From Eledone cirrhosa (Eukaryota), in the NCBI GenBank assembly GCA_964016885.1, contig OZ024740.1, forward strand, positions 83,514,001 through 83,578,000: a DNA stretch of 64,000 nucleotides, given 5' to 3'. The position numbers were made by a program, and so were the translations under genes. Positions 55,950-64,000 of this stretch are shown one piece after another. The first letter of the stretch is position 1. The number at the start of each line of letters is the position of its first letter. The notes below the pieces were generated by a model, which made no database searches, was not told where the DNA came from, and saw nothing but the letters and a program-made list of their open reading frames with translations.

Positions 55950-56742
55950 TTGAGAAAACTGAATTCAGAGATCCACAGACATGGAACTGGTTGAAAAGAG
56001 GAGACCTTAAAAAGGCTACAGAAGGAATGCTAATGGCTGCGCAAGAGCAGGCCCTCAAGACGAAGTGGTTGAAACACCATATTTACAAGGAGGAGGCTAG
56101 CCCACTGTGCAGGATCTGTGGAGAGAGAGAGGAGACTGTGGCTCACATTGTATCCGAGTGTAAACACCTAGTCCAGACTCACTATAAGGGATGGAGACAT
56201 GATGTGATGGGCAGGGTGATTCACTGGCACCTATGCAAAGTAAACAATTTACCACATTCTGAGAAGTGGTGTGAGCATAAGACAGAGTCGGTGATGGAAA
56301 ACGATCAGGTGAAGGTGCTGTGGGTTTTTGGATACCGACGGACAAGAAACTGGAACACACCTGACCTGCAATGGTGGTTTTGGACAAGGAAAAAAGATCG
56401 TGCCTGATTGTGGATGTGGCCTGCCCATTCGACACGAGAGTGCAAGAGAAGGAGAGGGAGAAAATTAACAGATACCAGCGGGAGGTAAAAAGGATTTAGA
56501 ACTGCCATGAAATCAAAGTGGTCCCGATTGTCATAGGCGCACTAGGTACTATCTCAAAAAGTTTCCAGGGATGCTTAAAGAAAATTGGCCCTGCCACGAT
56601 TTTTGGAACGCATCAAAAGGCATGCTTGTTGGGAACAGCAAGAACCCTCCGATACGTCCTGAATATCTGAGGCTGCAGGTAGTGGCTTGATGTTCATTTC
56701 AACAAACTTTCAGTTAACAAACATCAATGACTGAGACTCAAA

Positions 56743-56743
<1 letters not shown>
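55950..56743 (+). mobile_element. R4/Dong-like LINE family A 3' portion with an (AAT)n tail
   Basis: LKKATEGMLMAAQEQAL, CRICGEREETVAHIVSEC, RHD..HW, then PD..D..KE.EK RLE motifs; frameshifted. Confidence 0.85.
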
Positions 56744-56793
<50 letters not shown>

Positions 56794-56828
56794 TAATAAC
56801 AATAATAATAATAATAATAATAATAAAA

Positions 56829-58949
56829 CATTGAGCAGAAAGGGTGTAAACGAGGCTCATATGGCTGTAAGGATCAGATTTTGGTTAACAAAATGATACT
56901 GGAAGATTGTCATAATAGACACAAAAATCTATCGATTGCTTGGATAGATTATAAAAAAGCATTCGATAGTTTGCCACACAGTTGGATTGAAAAATGTTTA
57001 GAGATTTTCAAAATATCCCCCGTTGTCAGGAGGCTTTGTCATTCAGTATGAAGACATGGAAAACGATACTCCTTTTGAATAGTGAAACAAAATCACTGGA
57101 AGCTGGAGAAGTTAATATTAATTGTGGAATTTTTCAGGATGACTCTTTATCACCGCTTTTATTCTGCATCGCACTTATACCATTAAGTAAAATGCTCAAT
57201 GAAACAAAACATGGATATAAAGTCTATGACAAAACCATTAATCACTTGTTCTACATAGATGACCTGAAACTATTTGCAAAAAATGATGAACAATTGCAAG
57301 GGCTATTGTCCACTGTGGAGAAGTTCAGTGATGACATTAAAATGGAGTTTGGACTAGATAAATGCGCCAAAGCAACGTTCACCAGAGGAAAGCTGCTGAA
57401 GAGTTCAGACATTAATCTTGATCGGGGGAACGTGATAAGAGAATTTGATCAAGAAAAAACTTACAAATATCTAGGTGTTTGTGAAGGAGAGGGAATCAAG
57501 CCCTCGACAATGAGGGAAAGATTAAGGAAGGAATGTTACCGCAGAGTAAGAGCAATCTTAAGAACGGAATTGAATGCAAGGAATAGGATCGATGCCATAA
57601 ACACGCTTGCCATACTAGTAGTAACCTACAGTTACAATCTCATCAACTGGTCAAGCACAGAGATCCATAGGCTCGATACAAAAATTCGAAAATTCTTAAC
57701 CATGCACAGAATGCATCACCCTAAGGCAGATATAGATAGAATATATCTCCCTAGAAAAGAAGGAGGACGTGGGTTAATCCAGTTAGACATTGCGTTGAAA
57801 ACTGCAACAATTGGATTATCTACATATCTAAGGGAATCACATGATTGGATGATCAAACTCGTTTTGAAACACGAAAGCATCAAAAGATCATATTCCATTA
57901 CAAAATATGCACAAAGATACAGTAATGGACTACAAATTTCAGAAGTCCCATTTACTGCTGAAATGGAAAACACAGAAAAAGCAAAGCAGGTAAAAGTAAC
58001 TGAAAACAAAGAACTGCTACAGAAACTGGCTAAGAAATGGCAAGAAAAGCCTCTGTATGGAAAATACCCAGAGCGAGCTAACAATCCTGATGTTGACAAA
58101 ACTTTAACCCATCAGTGGTTGGCATCCTCTGGACTGAAATCGGAGACTGAAGGACTGATTATATCAGGACAAGATCAGTGTCTGCCAACAAAAAATTACC
58201 GAGCCAACATAATAAAAAATGAATGCAGCCCATTATGCCGTGTATGTAAAAAACAACCAGAGACCATTGACCATATAATTTCAATGTGCAGTCCTATAGC
58301 TCTAACCGAATACCTAAACAGGCATGACAGAGCTCCAAAATACATACATACATTGGATAATGTGTAAGCATTTTGACCTGCCCCATCAAAAGAATTGGTG
58401 GGAGCATCAACCACCTCCCATACTTGAAAAAGATCACATCTCAATCTTGTGGAACTTTAGCATCCAAACAGACCGAAAAATAGATGCAAATAGACCTGAT
58501 ATAATATTTAAGGACTTTAAAAAGAGGGTATGCCCGCTAATTGATATGTCTGTTCCAATAGACAAGAATGTATCTATAAAAACATTTGAAAAATTGAGCA
58601 AGTATAAGGACCTGGAGATAGAGATTGGAAAAATGTGGAAATTGAGAACTAAAACAATACCAGTGGTTGTAGGCGCTCTGGGAATGAGACCTAAGAGGTC
58701 TAATGATTACTTATCGCAAATCCCAGGAAACCCGCGTATAGGAGAAATACAAAAGATAGTACTAATGGGAACTGCCCATATACTAAGGAAGATTCTGTCA
58801 ATATAAGTACATCACAAGTCTAAACACTAAAGATGCATGTGTGAGTATGTATGTTCTTTCTTGAACATGGCGGACTTGTTGTCTCTTGAAGTCACTGGTT
58901 GTGACTTGGTGATAACTCGTATGAACATAAAGCAAGATAAATGCAACTG

Positions 58950-58950
<1 letters not shown>
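56829..58950 (+). mobile_element. R4/Dong-like LINE family B (RT + CCHC + restriction-like endonuclease), 5'-truncated, (AAT)n on both sides
   Basis: [75 protein letters not shown]. Confidence 0.9.
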
Positions 58951-58988
<38 letters not shown>

Positions 58989-59019
58989 TAATGATAATAA
59001 TAATAATAATAATAATAAT

Positions 59020-59230
59020 AGGCGCACTGGGGACTATCTCCAAAAGTTTCCAGGGATGGTTAAAGAAAATCGGCCCCTTCACGCTTTTTGGAACGCTTCA
59101 AAAGGCATGCTTGCTTGGAACAGCAAGAACCCTCCGATACGTCCTGAATATCTGAGGCTGCAGGTAGTGGCTTGATATTCAATCCAACGGACTTTCCAGT
59201 TAACCAACATCAATGACTGAGATTCAAGGA
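59020..59230 (+). mobile_element. R4/Dong-like family A short 3' fragment between (AAT)n tracts
   Basis: Matches 56534-56743 and 31140-31352. Confidence 0.85.
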
Positions 59231-59241
59231 ATAACAATAAC

Positions 59242-59281
<40 letters not shown>

Positions 59282-59283
<2 letters not shown>

Positions 59284-62200
59284 TTCTTTATTGGCCACAA
59301 GGGCTGATATCAAGAAAAACATTACTGACGGCACAGGACGGTACAGGACGGTACGATGTGGGTTTTGTGCGTGTAAATATTTTTATTATTTATATAAGCA
59401 AAGAAATATAAAGGACATAGAAACATATATATATAAACAAAAAAATGAAAATTGAGACAATGAAAAGTTCCCCAATAGGGGGAAACCTCAGAGGGTTACT
59501 CGTGGCGAAAACCACACAAAAGACCACGGCAACCCTGACCACCAGGGCAAGTGCCCTTCTCAATTTTTCCATTTCTCAAACTCAGAGCGGTCCTATTCAC
59601 TCGGACCCTTCTCGCTACATTCACCCACCTTTCACAAACTTGCTAGAAGGCAGCACTTGCCACTTCACCCTGATTTTCCTCTTCAAGTGAAACTTGAAAA
59701 AATTAATTAGGGATTCGCCGAAGAGGAAAGTTTCTGTCTGTAAGCCTTTGCCATGGCCCCCAGGCAGATGAAAACCACCTGCCCTTCTTCCTCGAAGGAA
59801 GACGGCGAGACGATCTGCACAATGGACTCAGTCGATAACCGGATCAGTCCTACACGTGACAGCAACTGTTCGACATAGCTGCACAAGTCAGCAATGCACG
59901 GGCACTGAACGAGTGCGTGTACGACGGTTTTGTCGATCAGCGCGCATCTCGGACAGGCTCGGCTGGCGGCACTTCCGTGCCTGTAGAGCTTATCTCGAAC
60001 CCGCAACGCTCCCCATTACCACTGCCAGGCCAGGGATTTTTGGAAGTTATCCATAGGCCCTGGGCTGAAAGTTCTACGGAAGAGCGCACCTGATCTCCAA
60101 GAACGTCGTCGCTCATCCCCTCAACTAGTCCTCTATTGAACACCGAGGTGAATGTTTCACCGATACTGGTGCCCAACTGGCAGAGGGCAGTGAGCGCCTG
60201 GAGATATTCCAGTTTTCAAGCGCTATCCCTCGGTCTTTTCCTGACCCAGGACAGCAGCTCCGTCAAGGAGACGAGCTGTAGGAAAATGTGCCTGGCGAAC
60301 GGCGACCACACTTGTTCACCGTCAAGGAAGCACCAGAGATGTCGCAGCCAGCCCCGGCGCATGTTTGCGCATCATCAGCCAGGGCATGCCCAGTCCTTCA
60401 GGCAACGGGTGTTGACAGCAGATGGATCGTCAGACCATGGGAGCGCGTCCCTTCCACAAAGAGCAGAAGAGGAGGCGCACTATTTTGGTGAGCGTTGGGC
60501 CGGGGCAAGGGACGAGCGTGAGGCGGTAGCAGATGACGGATGCGATGTCCGCATTCGCCACCTCCGCCTGGCCTTTCTGGGACAGCTTGCTCACGGCCCA
60601 TTTCTGGGTGAGGGAGGCCACCTTCCTCGTCACCTCGTCCCAGATTTTCTCCATCTGGAGGTCCGGTCTGAAACAGACCCCGAACAATTTAACCAGTCCG
60701 TTCGTCAAACGCTCCACGACGCTGTCAGACGGCATGGACTTGCCTTCCAGGTGTCGAGCTGCAAGCCAACCAACTTTTCCTGGTTTATCTTTGCTCCTGT
60801 CACCGCTTCGTATTCCTTGAGAGCGGTGACGAGCATCTGGACGTGCCTGGTTCTCGACACCAACACGGTGACGTCGTCAGCGCAAGCCGACTCGGATTTC
60901 CCGCATCTCAGTTCACATGGTACGCCCCTCATCGCCCCCAGTTTGTGCAGTAACGGCTCGAGTGCCAATACGTACAAGAGGGACGAGAGGGGACAACCCT
61001 GGCGGACTCAGCGCGTGATGCTGAACGGCTACGATAGGTGACCGTTCAACCTCACATATGAGCAGATGTCGCTGTATATCGCAGCGATCCAACACCTGAA
61101 AACGGCTCTGAAACCAGCTGCCTCGACGACCGCTTCTAGGTACCGATTGTCGATCCTATCGAATGCTTTGGATTGATCCAAGTTGATCAGGGCCTCACCC
61201 GTGCCAGGTTCCTTAACCACCCTCTCTATGATGTATCGCATGAGGTGGAGGTTGTCGTGTATAGATCTGTCCGGAATGGTGCAAGTCTACGCCTCTCCCA
61301 CCAGACCCTTGACGACAAGCCCCAACCTCGTTGCTAACCCCTTGGCCAAAACCTTGAACTCTGAGTTTAGCAGATATATGGGCCTGAAATTATCGATAAC
61401 ATCCCCCTTGTTCGGGTCTTTTCTCAGCAGCGCCACCGCTCCCCGGCTCACAAAACTGGGAATGCTCCCGTTCTGCTGCCAGTTGCAGTAGACGTCTGCC
61501 AAGAGGTCACCGAACAAGTCTGGCATACATGCATAAATCTCGTAGGGCAGACCATCCAAACCTGGAGACTTACCCCTCGTGCAGTTAGCCATCGCTTCCC
61601 GTATTTCACCGGCTGTTATTGGCTTTTCGCAACACAGTGCTGCGGTCGTCGAGAGCCGAGGCAGTCCGTCGAGGTATGCACTGAAGTCCATACTCTGATC
61701 CGGCCCGTCGCTGCTCCCAAACAGTTCAGCAAAGTGCTGCTGAAAAGCTTCACACATATGCTCGGGATCGAGCAACACGCGCCCGTTTTGGTCAGATGAA
61801 AACCGAATTGTGGCTTTGTTGCCACGTCGCGCCTCTGCCACCCGGGCCTATTGGACGGCTTTTGTCCCCTTGTCTTTCAGAGTACGCGCTCTAGCTCTGA
61901 TAACGCAGCCTTCGTGTTTTGGGTTGAAGAATTGGTCGAGTGCCAATCTAGCCGCAATCACGTCGGTTGCGATGCTTGTCCTAAACGCCTCTTCTAGCTT
62001 TCTGAGTAGCTCTACCTCTATTCTATTTCCTTCTATCACTAGTCCTTTGCTAAACCTAATCGACTCTACTTTAATTGCCCTTTTCAGGGCGAACCACCAC
62101 CTGTTGTTGACGACCGCTCTCGTCAACGCCCGCTTAACTAATAAGCTAATCCAGTCTCTGTAGGCTTTGCGTACCGGGAAAGACGCGTTCAGCTTCCAGT

Positions 62201-63374
62201 AACTGGGTCCGTGTCTATGAAGTCTGTCTATGTCTATCTCACATATCACATGGTTTGTGTAGTCGACTATTTTTAATTGTGGACAATTAATACTAGCCGT
62301 ATATAGTTCTATGTAGAATACCCTATCGAGATACGATCTGGATGATCCGATGCGATTTGTCCATGTCCACATTGGCACATTCGGCTGATACAGTCGATAC
62401 CTGTCAGACTGTTCAAAACGTCTGAGCAGGTTGGTGAGGCTCTTGTACCCTCCTCCCCTATCCACTGGCCCCACACATTCCCAGTGTGCATCCATGATAC
62501 CGTTCCAGTTGCCCACTAACACTAAAGAGCTGGACGTTCTAAGAAAGGTCTCTAGACGTCTAAAGAAATCTGGCCGTCCTGTCCCTGTCGGGGCATAGAC
62601 GGCTACTAGCCTGAAACGTTGCCTTCGGTGCCGCTTACGTCCAGCACCACCGACTTACCTTCTGGGTCCAGGAAGATGGTCCGTATGGCGAGACCCAAGC
62701 CTTTCCGAAACAACACAGCCACTCCGCCCCCCGCTTCCGGACGGCTCGGAGATGCTTACACCTCGTAACCGTCGAAGATCGGTGCGAAAGCTTGCGTTTC
62801 GGAGATTCTCATCTCGCTGATGGCCACCACATCTATGTTTAGTGACCTGAGGTCGTTAAGCAAGTGACCCTGCTTCCAAACCGAGCTCAAGCCACGCACG
62901 TTTACACTTCCGATCCTGAATACGGCCATGTTGGGTGAGGAACGGGGCGAGTGAGAAAGGATCACTTACCTTGATCGTCTGGTGAAGGGACCGCCGAATC
63001 GTCCCTTCGGCTGGTCGTCGGCTCTTCTGTGAGTATATCCGAGTATACTCTCCTGTTGAGTGTCCCTCCTAGGTCTCTGAAATCACTAATTGCGTTGGGG
63101 AATTTCATTTTAATGTTTGTGTATTGTTTCTGTGATACTCTTACCGGTCTTATGTTCGTTGGTGTTTTGATTGGTGCTGGTATTATTTAGTCGTGCTGTG
63201 AAATGTCTGTGTGTTCAATTATGTAAGTCATTAGTTTCTTGTTGTGTGTATTTATTGCTGTGTATTTCTTTTTCTGGAGAGGGGGTGTAGTTCTGCTATT
63301 TTCTTGTTGTTGTTGCTGGGTGTGTGTGTTTTGTTGTTGTGTTTGCGAGGTTGGTGCTTGTGGTTATGTTGTTG
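59282..63374 (-). mobile_element. Decayed Tx1/L1 element (3' UTR, ORF2, end of ORF1)
   Basis: Frameshifted homolog of 5357-8782; 3' end tttattggccacaaggg adjacent to (AAT)n, as in the first copy. Confidence 0.9.
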
Positions 63375-63376
63375 AA

Positions 63377-64000
63377 GTGGTGGTTTGCTCTGAAAAGAGC
63401 GATTAGAATAGAGTCCATAAGGTTTAGTAAAGCTTTAGCAATAGAGAAAAATAGAGCAGAGGGAGAACTAGTTAGAAAATTAGACGAGGTGCTTAGCAAA
63501 GGCATTGCGACCGACGTACTTGCAGCGAAATTGGCCCCTACCAATTCTTCAATGCAAAGCTCGAAGGCTGCGTGGTCAGAGCTAGGGTGCGTGCTCTCAG
63601 ACACGAGCGGACGAAAGCCGTTCAATGGGCTCGAGTGCCGGTGGCGCGTCGTGGCAACAAAGCCACGATCCGGTCTTTGGTGGACCACAACGGGAGCATG
63701 CTACTCGACCCCGGGCAAATGTGTGAAGCTTTTCAGCGACACTTCGCTCAGCTGTTCGGGGGCAGCGGCGGGCCGGATCAGGGTATGGACTTCAGTGTCT
63801 ATTTCGACGGACTGTCGCGGCTCTCGGCCAGACGGAGTGTTACGATAACAGCCGCTGAAGTACGAGAGGTGAAGTACGGGAGGCAATGACTGGCTGCACA
63901 AGGGATAAATCGCCTGGTTTGGATGGTCTGCTCTATGAACTTTACGTACAAATGCCAGAATGTTCGGAGGCCTCTTGGCGGACGTCTACTGCAACTGGCA
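63377..64000 (+). mobile_element. Separate Tx1/L1 ORF2 fragment in opposite orientation, running off the window
   Basis: WWFALKRAIRIESIRFSK..RGNKATIRSL..KSPGLDGL; diverged from 61500-62100. Confidence 0.85.

Noticed and set aside
59282-64000. Opposed Tx1 segments as one inverted insertion
   Set aside because: The + fragment duplicates a region already present in the - copy and is clearly diverged, so these are separate insertions

Overview
AT-rich, microsatellite-dense animal genomic DNA. The SINE set and the (TA)n/(AAT)n load suggest a coleoid cephalopod such as octopus (inference). One clear host gene is present: a class A neuropeptide GPCR of the NPY/PrRP/sNPF receptor type with an intronless CDS (29449-30549). 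The rest is mostly mobile DNA: a near full-length Tx1/L1 LINE plus a decayed relative, both abutting (AAT)n; R4/Dong-like LINEs also in (AAT)n; an RTE LINE with a twin-priming-type 5' inversion; CR1, RTE and mariner fragments; a Helitron cluster; and tRNA-derived SINEs. The most striking pattern is invisible in the ORF track. About 15 short non-coding elements, mostly in (TA)n tracts and mostly fold-back palindromes of 0.1-1.25 kb, carry type I hammerhead ribozyme folds. These include intact, variant-core and long-stem-II forms, often on both strands. A GIY-YIG endonuclease fragment sharing terminal sequence with some of them ties them to Penelope-like retroelements. All RNA folds were read by eye and activity is untested.
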